In this document: positions 30,514 through 40,086 of the stretch, one piece after another | How positions within the stretch are numbered: position 1 is the stretch's first letter | Layout: every line of letters begins with the position of its first letter | Assembly: GCA_965219995.1 (NCBI GenBank) | Contig: CBDCOX010000002.1 | Span: 3,392,001 to 3,456,000 of the forward strand | DNA length: 64,000 nucleotides | From: Candidatus Latescibacterota bacterium | Lineage (GTDB): Bacteria; Latescibacterota; UBA2968; GCA-2709665 | Direction of reading: 5' to 3' | Notes under the pieces: model-generated | What the model was told of the DNA's origin: nothing | What the model saw: only the letters and a program-made list of their open reading frames with translations | The model's database searches: none | Made by a program: the position numbers and the translations under genes

Positions 30514-31878
30514 CTATTTCTCCCGGTTCTTGACAGCGTCGCGGATTTCGCGGATGCCGCCTTCCAGCCTGTCCAGGCGTTCGTTGGCGCTGTTCATCTC
30601 TTCCCTGATCTTCGCGACCATACCGGCCTGTTCTTCAAGTTCCTCTGCGTGTATGGAGTCTTCTTCCTTGACGAGAATACTCGTCAGCGTCGCCGTGAAG
30701 ACGCCCACCAGGACCATTCCGGTGATCACCAGAAAAACGGTGAGAATTCTGCCGGAAGGAGTCTCCGGGTTGTGGATGTCGGCGTAACCGCCGGTGACAA
30801 GCGTCGTGAAGCTCCACCAGAGGCTTTCCCAGAATCCGGAACCGGACTCCATGTGTTCCAGAAACATGAAGACGCATGCGCCGAAAACAAGCGACATGAG
30901 GCCATAGAGAAGGGACCGTTTGAGAAGCCGCACGTCCAGCGTGGTGCTGAGGTGGTCCATACCCCGCCAGAAGAACAGTCCGATGCGCATCAACCGCAGC
31001 GCCCGAAGAATCCGCACGGCCCGCAGAAGCCGACCCAGGCGTACGACGCCAAGGTCGCCGGAGGCGGCAATGACCTGCACCGGGGGAAGCGGAATGGACG
31101 TGATGAAGTCGATCCAGTTGTTTTTCCAATACCACTTTTTGGAATGGGCAAGCTTGTGCTCGAAGACGAAGTTGGCCATGAAAATGGTGCAGCACACCAC
31201 GTCGATGATCCACAAGATCCACAGCGTGCCCACAGAGAAGTGGGGATGTACTTCCACAACCGGTTTCTTGTATTTCGCGCCGCGATCTACAATGTCCACC
31301 CCGGTCAGTTTTCCGGCGGTCACGTGCCCGGAAACGAGTGCGCCGGACCCGACCGTGTCCACAATGTGTATGTTCACTCGCTCATATCCGGCGCCCGCTT
31401 TCGTAATCAGGATCTTGCTGATCTTACCCTCTTTCACTTCCGCCGTTGCCGCCGCGCCGCCTCCGCTGGCGCCGATGCCGAGCAGATCCACGACAAGGAT
31501 CGAGATCAGAAACAGGATGAGAAAGAAGATGACGATGTCCTTCACGTAAACGTTCCGGACGCTGCCCAAAACGCTGGCTTGCCTGTCCATCAGATGTTTC
31601 TTCTGGAAGGCCTGTTCGATGACCCGGGCCTTGTCCTCCAGCCCCTGTCTTTCCTCGTTCAACGTCGAAATCCGCGAATCCGCCGCGTCCAGGTCCAGTT
31701 CGTAGCGGCCATGTTTCTTGTTCAGGGCGACCGCGTCCGCACTTCCGGCCATACGGTTGATCTTCTCTTCCTCCGAGGCCAACTCGCGGTCGATCTTCTC
31801 GATCTCCCCTCCGACCAGGTCTCTCATCCTCCTGATGCGGTCGAGGGAACACGTTTCGATACGCTTTAGATTTGCCAT
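30514..31878 (-). CDS. 6-TM voltage-gated cation (K+-channel-like) protein with an inserted extracellular repeat domain
   Basis: NWIDFITSIP (S3), RLGRLLRAVRILRALRLMR (S4), WESLWWSFTTLVTGGYAD pore, GRILTVFL..G (S6), N- and C-terminal coiled coils. Confidence 0.88.
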   Translation of the reverse strand: MANLKRIETCSLDRIRRMRDLVGGEIEKIDRELASEEEKINRMAGSADAVALNKKHGRYELDLDAADSRISTLNEERQGLEDKARVIEQAFQKKHLMDRQASVLGSVRNVYVKDIVIFFLILFLISILVVDLLGIGASGGGAAATAEVKEGKISKILITKAGAGYERVNIHIVDTVGSGALVSGHVTAGKLTGVDIVDRGAKYKKPVVEVHPHFSVGTLWILWIIDVVCCTIFMANFVFEHKLAHSKKWYWKNNWIDFITSIPLPPVQVIAASGDLGVVRLGRLLRAVRILRALRLMRIGLFFWRGMDHLSTTLDVRLLKRSLLYGLMSLVFGACVFMFLEHMESGSGFWESLWWSFTTLVTGGYADIHNPETPSGRILTVFLVITGMVLVGVFTATLTSILVKEEDSIHAEELEEQAGMVAKIREEMNSANERLDRLEGGIREIRDAVKNREK

Positions 31879-31932
31879 CGCGACGCTTGTAAACTCCGGT
31901 TCAGGTTATGAAAGAATAGGTGCCAACAACAA

Positions 31933-32130
31933 TCACGTGCTGTATATACCCCTTCTGCGGGACTTCTCGATGATCGAGAGATGCTCATGCCATTCAGGTT
32001 CCCGAGCGGGACCATCCAATGCGTCGCAGGCACGGAAGAATGCCACGATGTCCGCCGGGGACTCGAAGGGCCGGGACCGCTGCTGTTGCTCCAGCCGTCG
32101 CCGGGCTGCGGTTCTACGCCTTGCGCTCAA
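31933..32130 (-). pseudogene. Possible C-terminal remnant of a small antitoxin-like protein
   Basis: FFRACDALDGPAREPEWHEHLSIIEKSRRRG resembles C-termini of small TA-associated proteins (from memory); no convincing N-terminus. Confidence 0.35.
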
Positions 32131-32414
32131 AGTCTTGCCCTCTCATCGAGATGTGTATGTTCGATACACATCGTCGTCATACGATTTCAACCCTTCGTCC
32201 CTGCCCCTGCGGACGGGTTTTCGGATCGGTTTTTACGGACGATTCACCTCGCCAAAACCGCGCGTAATTTGCGAAGGTGAAAACAAGGAACGATCTTATT
32301 ATCGAAAATGCCCTAAATCGCAAATAATATAGAGCGAATCCACAATGAAGGACATTTCAATCTTCATTCGTGCGATCAGTGTCGAGAACGACGGATATAC
32401 CGCGATTCCGTTGC

Positions 32415-33578
32415 TCACGTTCCAGGAGTTGATGTCTCCGCGTCGAGCACTTTCAGTACAGCTTCCGCACAATATACACGATTTCGCTTTGCATCGCCAA
32501 CCGGGCTGACGATACCTGCCGATACCAACCTGTCGACCGCGCGTCGAGCCGTGGTATAGGCGACCCCCAACTTTGTTGCCAGCATCGGCACGTTCCAGAA
32601 CGGGAATTCGACGAACAGTTCCAAAACCTTATCTAGATTCGCCGATCTGGCACTGCCGAGCTGCTTGGACCAGAGGTGGAACAATTCGTCGATTCGATGG
32701 ATTCTGTTTATGGCGTCCTCGGCCTGCTCGGCAACGCCGCACAGAAAATAGATCAGCCACGCCTCCCACCGCCCGTCTTGAGTCACTGCAAGCAGGTGTG
32801 CGTAGTACTCGTGGCGAGTGGCTTCAAAGTATGCGCTCAGATACAGAAGCGGTGTCGGCAGTACGCCACGGGCAACGAACAACAGCGAAATGATCAACCG
32901 ACCGACGCGTCCATTCCCGTCCAAGAAGGGATGGATCGATTCGAACTGGGAATGGGTGAGGGCGGCGTGAATCAATGGCGGAAACGCATCGTCGTGGAGG
33001 AATCGCTCCCATGCGCCCAGGCAGCCCATCAGTTCCTCCGGTGGAGGAGGTACGTAGGTCGCGTCGTTAAGTGTACATCCGGGCTGGCCGATCCAGTTCT
33101 GGCTCCGGCGAAACTCTCCAGGCATAGCCACGTCGCCACGCACCCCGCGCATCAGACGTTCGTGCAGTTCGCGAACGAGGCGCAATGAAAGCGGGAGCGA
33201 TTCAAGGCGCTGGATCCCGTATTCCAACGCGGCGACGTAGTTGACGACCTCACTCAGGTCCGCGGCGCTTTGCTCAACCTGTGCCCCGGCCTGTGCGGCA
33301 AGCAGTTCGCCCAGGGTAGTCCGGGTGCCCTCAATACGGCTGGAAAGCACGGCCTCACGCTGAAGAAACGACCTGATGAACAGATGGGGATTCGGTATCT
33401 GCCGACCCTCGCCCGCCAGCCGGCCTATCGCCTGATCGGCGCGGGAGAGCGCTTTGACCAGTTCGCCGTCCCACGTGATTGGCGGTGGAAGGGGCGCCGG
33501 CACGAAAGCGCTGTAACCTCCCGGACATCGTACTGTGCGCCCGTGAGGCTCACGTGTCCCTGAAATCACGGATTCCAT
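32415..33578 (-). CDS. Fic family protein (with N-terminal inhibitory motif and C-terminal HTH)
   Basis: HPFLDGNGRVGR Fic motif; EAVLSSRIEGT; PGEFRRSQNWIG. Confidence 0.95.
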   Translation of the reverse strand: MESVISGTREPHGRTVRCPGGYSAFVPAPLPPPITWDGELVKALSRADQAIGRLAGEGRQIPNPHLFIRSFLQREAVLSSRIEGTRTTLGELLAAQAGAQVEQSAADLSEVVNYVAALEYGIQRLESLPLSLRLVRELHERLMRGVRGDVAMPGEFRRSQNWIGQPGCTLNDATYVPPPPEELMGCLGAWERFLHDDAFPPLIHAALTHSQFESIHPFLDGNGRVGRLIISLLFVARGVLPTPLLYLSAYFEATRHEYYAHLLAVTQDGRWEAWLIYFLCGVAEQAEDAINRIHRIDELFHLWSKQLGSARSANLDKVLELFVEFPFWNVPMLATKLGVAYTTARRAVDRLVSAGIVSPVGDAKRNRVYCAEAVLKVLDAETSTPGT

Positions 33579-33677
33579 TTCGTCGCCTTAATTGCGAACG
33601 TGAAAACAAGCCCGGCCGTTATTAGCGTTAATGCCTCAATTCGATAATAATATAAGACAAAAGTACAAGCAAGAAAA

Positions 33678-33708
33678 GAACTGGCTTGTCTCTTGCAAGC
33701 CAGTTCAA
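33678..33708 (-). terminator. Hairpin with a minus-strand U-rich tail (probable terminator)
   Basis: GAACTGGCTTG-TCTCTTG-CAAGCCAGTTC preceded by an A-rich run on the plus strand. Confidence 0.55.
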
Positions 33709-33789
33709 GTTAGATAGCGGGGCCGGAAGGAGGTTGTCAATCGTGACGGGTGAATGGCGATGACGGCCAACACTGTCGTCTGCGGGGTT

Positions 33790-33919
33790 CATCCCCCACG
33801 CTCAGCAGGAAGCGGGCCAGGGCGCCCGGACGACGCGCCACCGGTTGAAGCATTTGCTTTGACGCTCCCGATGGAACAAGGATCCCACGACGGCAAAGCT
33901 CATCCAGTCGCGCTTCGAT
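33790..33919 (-). pseudogene. Remnant of a Phd/YefM-type antitoxin C-terminus
   Basis: IEARLDELCRRGILVP...PVARRPGALARFL; a 1-nt shift gives a ...FLAERGG-stop ending; the Phd N-terminal domain is absent. Confidence 0.45.
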
Positions 33920-33981
33920 CGTCTGCTGCTTGTGATGTTGGTTCGCGAGGTTGTCAGACACGGGGTCTCCTCTCACACACG

Positions 33982-34065
33982 CTACGCCGGACGGAACGTC
34001 ACGACCAACTCCCGGCCGAGGGAACGCAGGGCCTTGTGAATGCGGTTGGCAGCGGTGTGATGTCT
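33982..34065 (-). pseudogene. Remnant of a HicB-type antitoxin C-terminus
   Basis: RHHTAANRIHKALRSLGRELVVTFRPA-stop resembles the HicB C-terminal H-x-T...I..AL..LG..L pattern; no N-terminus. Confidence 0.45.
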
Positions 34066-34220
34066 TTGTGTCCGAATATCAATGGAATTGCCACCGAATC
34101 TGTTGACGACCGGGCACGGTCGCGGATTACGACGCCGTGCGGTACGACAGGACCCCGGCGGAATGGCTCCGTCGGGGTCTTGTCTTCGCCATCGGACCGT
34201 CACATGAGACGGCCGAAATC

Positions 34221-34296
<76 letters not shown>

Positions 34297-34362
34297 ATAT
34301 ACTTGCAGGACGCAAACTGACAGTTTGCGCTACGTCGAGGGACAACGCTATCAGACTGAAAA

Positions 34363-34833
34363 TTACGTCCGAACGTAATCCCCGCTGCGGCCGCCGGTTT
34401 TTCTCAGGAGGCGGATGTTCCGGATCTCCATTCCTCTGTCCACGGCCTTGCACATATCGTAGACGGTCAGCAACGCCGCGCTGACGGCCGTCAGCGCCTC
34501 CATTTCCACGCCGGTCCTGCCCGTCACACGAACGGTGGCTTCCGCTTCGATGCGGTCCGGTCCTACCTCGAAACTGACTTCGATGCCCGTGGGATCGACG
34601 GGATGGCACAGCGGGATCAGCTCCCACGTCCGTTTCGCCGCCATGATCCCGGCAATCCGGGCGGTCTCAAGCACGTTTCCCTTGGGCAGCGCACTCCCGG
34701 AAACCAGCCGTGCCGTTTCCGGCGCCATCACGATCTCGCCGCCGGCGACCGCCACGCGCTCGGTGACGTCCTTATCAGTCACGTCCACCATCTTCACGGC
34801 GCCATCGTCTGCAATGTGGGTCAGATTCGCCAT
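34363..34833 (-). CDS. moaC: Cyclic pyranopterin monophosphate synthase
   Basis: LTH...[40 protein letters not shown]. Confidence 0.97.
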   Translation of the reverse strand: MANLTHIADDGAVKMVDVTDKDVTERVAVAGGEIVMAPETARLVSGSALPKGNVLETARIAGIMAAKRTWELIPLCHPVDPTGIEVSFEVGPDRIEAEATVRVTGRTGVEMEALTAVSAALLTVYDMCKAVDRGMEIRNIRLLRKTGGRSGDYVRT

Positions 34834-34906
34834 GTCAAATGCCCGAAGGAGCCCGGGAGTGCGAGTCGTTCAAGACAATCGCGGACGACATAAAGGCCGT
34901 ATCGCG

Positions 34907-36133
34907 CTACCACTCCTCCAACAGCACGATGTCAACTTCCGCGCCGGCGTCGAGCGTCTCCACCTCGGCCTCGACCACGAACAGGCTGTTCGCCCGCGAA
35001 AGGGAAAAGAGGTCCGCCGACCCGTGGTGACCCACCCAGTCGCTTTCCCAGCGGCCGTTGATCTGCTCGGACCGGGCGGGTACGAACTGCTTGCGCCCAG
35101 GCGATTGCCGGAACGCCTGCGCCAGCCGGCCCCGTACCACCGGCCGGTGACACCCGGACATCCGCTGCATCTTCCGAACGGCCGGCCGGACCAGCAATTC
35201 CAGGCCCACGACTGCCGAGACAGGATTGCCCGGCAATCCGAACACGAGCTTTTTGCCGCGAGCGCCGAAGGTGAGGGGTTTGCCAGGCTTCATCCGGATG
35301 CGATCGAAGTAGATCTCCACGCCGCAATCCCGCATCGCGCCCTGCACAAGGTCATATATACCCGCCGACACGCCTCCGGAAAGCAGCACGACGTCGCATT
35401 CGTCCAGGCCGCGGGAGATCACGTTCTTCAGGGTGACTTCATCGTCTTCCACAATGCCCAGGTACCGCGTCTGTGCGCCGGAGCGCAACGCCTGCGCCAT
35501 CATGGAATATCCGTTGCTGTTCCGGATCTGCCCGGCCGCCGGGCTGTTTCCGGGCTCCACGATCTCGCTGCCAGTCGCGACCACGCCGACGACCGGGCGG
35601 CGGTAGACGGGTACGCCGACCACCCCCACGGCTGCAAGGATACCGATTTCCGGGGGGCGGATCCACGTTCCGGCCTCGAGTACCACCTGACCGCGTCTCA
35701 CGTCTTCCCCAAGGGGCGCGACGTTTCGGCCCGGCTCCGTGGGCGCCAGCACCCGCACACCCTCCCCGTCCCGCTCGGAAACCGTGTCTTCCACCATCAC
35801 AACCGTGTCCGCGCCGTCCGGCATCGGCGCGCCCGTCATGATTCGTGCAGCGTGGCCGGGCGAAACCGTCTCCTGCGGCACGGACCCGGCGGGAATCTCT
35901 TCGATTACATCCAGAATGGCGGGATCTTCCGAACACGCGACCGCGACGTCGTTGCCCACCACCGCGTACCCGTCCATGGTGGCCTTGTCGAACGGCGGCA
36001 TGTCGATGTCCGACCGGACGTCCCGCGCCAGCGTACACCCGAGCGCGTCCATCAGCCCGACGTTTGCAACGTCGATCGGGGACGTATGCTGCAGGACGAT
36101 GCGGATGGCCTCGTCCATGCTGATCATATCCAT
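34907..36133 (-). CDS. moeA: Molybdopterin molybdotransferase
   Basis: PPFDKATMDGYAV, IMTGAPMP, SGGVSAG, MKPGKP, FGLPGNPVS. Confidence 0.95.
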   Translation of the reverse strand: MDMISMDEAIRIVLQHTSPIDVANVGLMDALGCTLARDVRSDIDMPPFDKATMDGYAVVGNDVAVACSEDPAILDVIEEIPAGSVPQETVSPGHAARIMTGAPMPDGADTVVMVEDTVSERDGEGVRVLAPTEPGRNVAPLGEDVRRGQVVLEAGTWIRPPEIGILAAVGVVGVPVYRRPVVGVVATGSEIVEPGNSPAAGQIRNSNGYSMMAQALRSGAQTRYLGIVEDDEVTLKNVISRGLDECDVVLLSGGVSAGIYDLVQGAMRDCGVEIYFDRIRMKPGKPLTFGARGKKLVFGLPGNPVSAVVGLELLVRPAVRKMQRMSGCHRPVVRGRLAQAFRQSPGRKQFVPARSEQINGRWESDWVGHHGSADLFSLSRANSLFVVEAEVETLDAGAEVDIVLLEEW

Positions 36134-36421
36134 CGGTGATCCCTCCAATTGCGCCTCACGTCAGGCAATAAATATATACAAAGCCGGTACAAATGTCACT
36201 TCCAAATGGAATCCTCCGATTTTTGCAGGGCCTGCAGCGAGGCGGCATCCGGGTGCCGCTAACCCATTCGACGGTAAGGTCGTCGTCCGGGGCGCGTGAT
36301 TTGACATTCCCGGATCGAATGCCTACATTAAATGCGTGTGCAAAGCGCTGACAGGCGGGGTCGTCGTGTTTCTTTCGTATACCTTCGGTAAGAGGTGAGC
36401 ATCTTGAGGAAAAACTCGAAA

Positions 36422-36639
36422 CCGGTGAGACGGTAGACGTGAGACGGTAGACGAAAGCGGTGAGACGGTAGACGGAAGACGGTAGATGACGTCTATGCAC
36501 GAATGGTTCTTCCTTTTTGCCTGCGGCAAGAAATGAAACCGCAACGGGCAATCACATCCTCTACCGTCTACTACCTCTAACGTCTCCCCGCCTTTGGGGC
36601 ACTGAAATCCTCTCCCGTCTCCCGTCTTACGTCTCCCCC
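36422..36639. repeat. Heptamer-armed modular repeat, locus B (two left arms, one core, two right arms)
   Basis: (GAGACGGT/AGACGGT/AGACGTG)n arms, core GATGACGTC...TGCCTGCGGCAAGAAATGAAACC, inverted (CGTCTCC/CGTCTTA)n arms. Confidence 0.9.
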
Positions 36640-36756
36640 AGGGATGAGGGGTCGGGTGTAGCGGTCCCGGCCGAATCGATGATAGACTTCGCGAGACCAT
36701 AGAGATAACCTGTAGTTGCGGTGACATCATCATACGCCCCGGAGTTCAAACCTTCA

Positions 36757-37494
36757 ATGACTGAAACTGACGTCAGAACCGCCATCATCACGGGTGCCGG
36801 AACCGGCATCGGCCGTGCCATCGCCGTCGCTTTTTCCGGTGCGGGGATGAATTGCGTTCTCGCGGGACGCCGCGCCGGACCCCTCGAAGAAACCGCAGAG
36901 GCAATGTGCGATTCCCGGACTGATACGCTATGCGTGACGGCAGACGTCACCTGCCGGGACTCGGTAAGTGCCCTGGCCGACCGCACGATCGAGCGTTTCG
37001 GCCGGATCGACATCCTGGTAAACAACGCCGGCATCAACACGCTGAAGCGCGGTCTCAGAGATATATCCGACGAGGACTGGGACCGCGTGGTCGACATCAA
37101 TCTCACCGGTGCATTCAACGCGTTCCGCGCCGTGATGCCGCACATGGAGAACCAGGGAGACGGCCTGGTGATCAACATCTCTTCCATGGCAGGAAAGCGA
37201 TCCGGGATGATCGCGGGTGTCGCGTATTGCGCATCCAAGTTCGGCATGGCCGCCCTGAACCAGTCCATCAACGCCGAGTTCCGCGAGACCGGCATCCGGG
37301 CGTGCTGCATCTTCCCCGGAGAGGTCGACACGCCCATCCTGGACCTTCGCCCCAACCCGGTCTCGGACGAGAAACGGGCCGCCGCGCTCCCGCCGGAAGA
37401 CATCGCCGCCGCCGCCCTGATGGTCGCCCAGCTTCCCGGTCGTGCGATCGTTGAGGAAATCACGATCTTCCCGAGACGGGTCGTCGCAAAGTAG
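36757..37494 (+). CDS. SDR family oxidoreductase
   Basis: TGAGTGIG, LVNNAG, NISS, YCASK. Confidence 0.93.
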   Translation: MTETDVRTAIITGAGTGIGRAIAVAFSGAGMNCVLAGRRAGPLEETAEAMCDSRTDTLCVTADVTCRDSVSALADRTIERFGRIDILVNNAGINTLKRGLRDISDEDWDRVVDINLTGAFNAFRAVMPHMENQGDGLVINISSMAGKRSGMIAGVAYCASKFGMAALNQSINAEFRETGIRACCIFPGEVDTPILDLRPNPVSDEKRAAALPPEDIAAAALMVAQLPGRAIVEEITIFPRRVVAK

Positions 37495-37636
37495 GCTGAG
37501 GAATGGGCGGATCGAACGCCGCGCCCGGACATTCCCGCCGCCGTACCGGGACAATCTCCTTGTCTGCGGATCGGAATTTTGTTACATTTCTGTAACATAC
37601 AATAATATAAGATGTTTATAACTGAAGAAGGGTAAG

Positions 37637-39184
37637 GTGCGAGTGAAGAGCGAAATCATTATCAATGTAGGGTCTCACGAGTCTCGAATCGCTGTTCTGG
37701 AAGATGGAAAGCTGGTTGAAATTCTCGTCGAATGCGCTGAAAACGAGCGCATGGTCGGCGATATCTACAAGGGAACCGTAACATCGGTACTCCCCGGCAT
37801 GCAGGCTGCCTTTGTGGAGATCGGCCTGGAAAAGAGCGCTTTTCTTCACGCCTCCGATATGCCCGGTTCGCCCGGGTCCATGGTGGGGCTGGACGAAGAA
37901 ACCCTCGAGGAAATCGACGCGCGAACCAACGTCAACGGCAAGTCGGTCATTCCCATAGAAGGACTCATCCAGAAGGGTCAGGAGGTCCTGGTTCAGGTCA
38001 AGAAAGAACCCATTGGCACGAAGGGGCCCAGGGTCACCGCGGTACCCTCCCTGGCCGGGCGGTTCATGGTGCTGGTGCCCAACGGGGAGAAGGTAGGCGT
38101 TTCCCGGAAGATCACCAACATGTCGGAAAAACGCAGGCTGAAGGACCTCGGCCGCGACATTCGTCCCGACGGATTCGGGATCATTGTCCGGACCGAAGCC
38201 TCCGGCAAGGGCGACCGGGAAATGATGCGAGACCTGAAGCAACTGATGAACGTCTGGGCGCGCATTCAGAAACAGTTCCGAGTCGCCGACCCGGCCAGCA
38301 TCCTGCACAAAGAAATGGGCATGACGTCGAGTCTCATACGCGACCTGTTTACCGACGACGTGGACCGTCTGGTGGTCGACGCAAAACAGGAATACAAGAA
38401 GATCCTGGCCTATCTCAAGTCCACTTCGCCCCACCTGCGCGAACGGGTGGAATACCACAGAGACAGCACGCCCGTCTTCGACGCCTTCGGAATCGAAAGT
38501 GAAATCGAGAAATGCTCCGAGCGTAAAGTCTGGTTGAAAGGCGGCGGCTACCTGGTTCTGGACCACACCGAGGCCCTGTTTGCCATCGACGTGAACAGCG
38601 GCCGGTTCGTGGGCCGTTCGAACCAGGAAGAAAACGTGCTGAAAATCAACCTCGAGGCCGCCCGGGAGATCGCGCGCCAGCTTCGCCTTCGCGATATTGG
38701 CGGCATCATCGTCATCGACTTCATCGACATGGCCATCGTGCAGAACCGCAAGCGGGTGGAGCAGGAGTTCCGGCAGGCCGTCCGGCGGGACCGGTCCAGG
38801 CCCCGTCTATCGGAGATCAGCGAGTTCGGCCTCCTGGAAATGACCCGGCAAAGGGTGCGCCCAAGCCTCATGTTCACCTTCAGCGAGACCTGCCCCCACT
38901 GTCACGGCAGCGGGCGCGTACCCAGCCGGGAGTCCACGCTGGCGCGCATCGAGCGGTGGCTCAAGAGATCCAGGGCCGCTTCTGTCGAACGCAGGCTGAC
39001 CGTGCACGTCAACCCCACGGTGGGAGATTTCATCCTCGAAAACCGCCGCGAACGCCTGAAGAGGTTGCGCCGGTCCACCCGGGTCTGGCTGAACGTGGAG
39101 AACGACCCCGACCTTTCCGTCGAGGCGTACCGGATGGTTTCCCGGAAGCGGAACGTGGACATTACGGACAAATTTAGAACTTGA
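37637..39184 (+). CDS. rng: Rne/Rng family ribonuclease (RNase G-like)
   Basis: IYKGTV..VLPGMQAAFV S1 domain, QVKKEPIGTKGPR, IDVNSG, RQLRLRDIGGIIVIDFIDM, CPHC; start 37637 or 37643. Confidence 0.92.
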   Translation: MRVKSEIIINVGSHESRIAVLEDGKLVEILVECAENERMVGDIYKGTVTSVLPGMQAAFVEIGLEKSAFLHASDMPGSPGSMVGLDEETLEEIDARTNVNGKSVIPIEGLIQKGQEVLVQVKKEPIGTKGPRVTAVPSLAGRFMVLVPNGEKVGVSRKITNMSEKRRLKDLGRDIRPDGFGIIVRTEASGKGDREMMRDLKQLMNVWARIQKQFRVADPASILHKEMGMTSSLIRDLFTDDVDRLVVDAKQEYKKILAYLKSTSPHLRERVEYHRDSTPVFDAFGIESEIEKCSERKVWLKGGGYLVLDHTEALFAIDVNSGRFVGRSNQEENVLKINLEAAREIARQLRLRDIGGIIVIDFIDMAIVQNRKRVEQEFRQAVRRDRSRPRLSEISEFGLLEMTRQRVRPSLMFTFSETCPHCHGSGRVPSRESTLARIERWLKRSRAASVERRLTVHVNPTVGDFILENRRERLKRLRRSTRVWLNVENDPDLSVEAYRMVSRKRNVDITDKFRT

Positions 39185-39209
39185 CAAAACCTCCGGTCTT
39201 TGTTACCGT
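39181..39209 (+). promoter_or_regulatory. Sigma70-type promoter for rplU-rpmA
   Basis: TTGACA-N17-TACCGT overlapping the rng stop codon. Confidence 0.55.
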
Positions 39210-39271
39210 TTTCGGCCCGTTTCACGATTGAAACGGCCGGATGTGTCAAATCGTATTCTGGAGGTTTTTCC

Positions 39272-39583
39272 ATGTATGCCGTTGTAGAAATCGCCGGTCA
39301 GCAGGTCAAGGTTCAGGAAGGGGACCGCATTCGCGTCTCCCGTCTCAAGGCCGAGGCCGGAGAATCGCTTACCCTGGACCGGGTCCTGCTGGTATCCAAA
39401 GACGGTGAAACCAGCATCGGCAGGCCGCAGGTCGACGGCGCCGCCGTGGAGGCCAGCGTCCTGGGGCACGGCAAGCACGACAAAGTCATCGTCTTCAAAA
39501 TGAAACGCAGGAAGGGCTACCGGCGGAAGAACGGACATCGACAGCCCTATACGGAACTGCAGATCGACGGCATCTCAGCGTAA
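39272..39583 (+). CDS. rplU: 50S ribosomal protein L21
   Basis: [14 protein letters not shown]...[24 protein letters not shown]; GGAGG RBS. Confidence 0.97.
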   Translation: MYAVVEIAGQQVKVQEGDRIRVSRLKAEAGESLTLDRVLLVSKDGETSIGRPQVDGAAVEASVLGHGKHDKVIVFKMKRRKGYRRKNGHRQPYTELQIDGISA

Positions 39584-39654
39584 TCCCGTCCCTGATTCCC
39601 GCCGGGTATCGGGATCTACCGAATTCGGCGGCGGCAGGGGAGGAGGACAACGAT

Positions 39655-39918
39655 ATGGCCCATAAAAAAGGGGTCGGAAGTTCCAGGAACGGCCGCGACA
39701 GCCGTGGGCAGCGCCTGGGCGTCAAAGTTTTCGGCGGTGAGTTTGTCACGGCGGGCAGCATCATTGTCCGGCAGCGCGGCACACGGATTCATCCCGGGAG
39801 CATGGTCCGTCGCGCCAGAGATGACTCGCTTTTTGCGCTGGTCGACGGCATTGTGACCTTCCAGAACCTGGACAAGCGCCGCAAGAAGGTCAGCGTTTAT
39901 CCCTCAGCAGCCCGTTGA
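39655..39918 (+). CDS. rpmA: 50S ribosomal protein L27
   Basis: [16 protein letters not shown]...RLGVK...IIVRQRGT. Confidence 0.98.
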   Translation: MAHKKGVGSSRNGRDSRGQRLGVKVFGGEFVTAGSIIVRQRGTRIHPGSMVRRARDDSLFALVDGIVTFQNLDKRRKKVSVYPSAAR

Positions 39919-40067
39919 AAAAGTCCATCCGGGCTGCGGCCTGCCCTTGCGGTCGAAATACTGCGTTGCGCGCCCTCGCCGAATCGCTGGATGGGACTCG
40001 GTTGCGCGCCTTGTCTTCGACCACAATGGCTCGGCCTCGCCTGCAGAGCGACTTTATCAACGGACTG
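39908..40067. mobile_element. 160-bp MITE-like element
   Basis: TIRs CAGCCCGTTGAAAAAGTC and (reverse complement) CAGTCCGTTGATAAAGTC, 16/18 identical; internal GGTCGAA/TTCGACC inverted repeat; no ORF. Confidence 0.75.
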
Positions 40068-40086
40068 ATAGCGGAGTAGCCCAGCA

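Noticed and set aside
36150-36400. Moco riboswitch upstream of moeA
   Set aside because: No recognisable conserved Moco RNA motif by eye; an Infernal search would be needed
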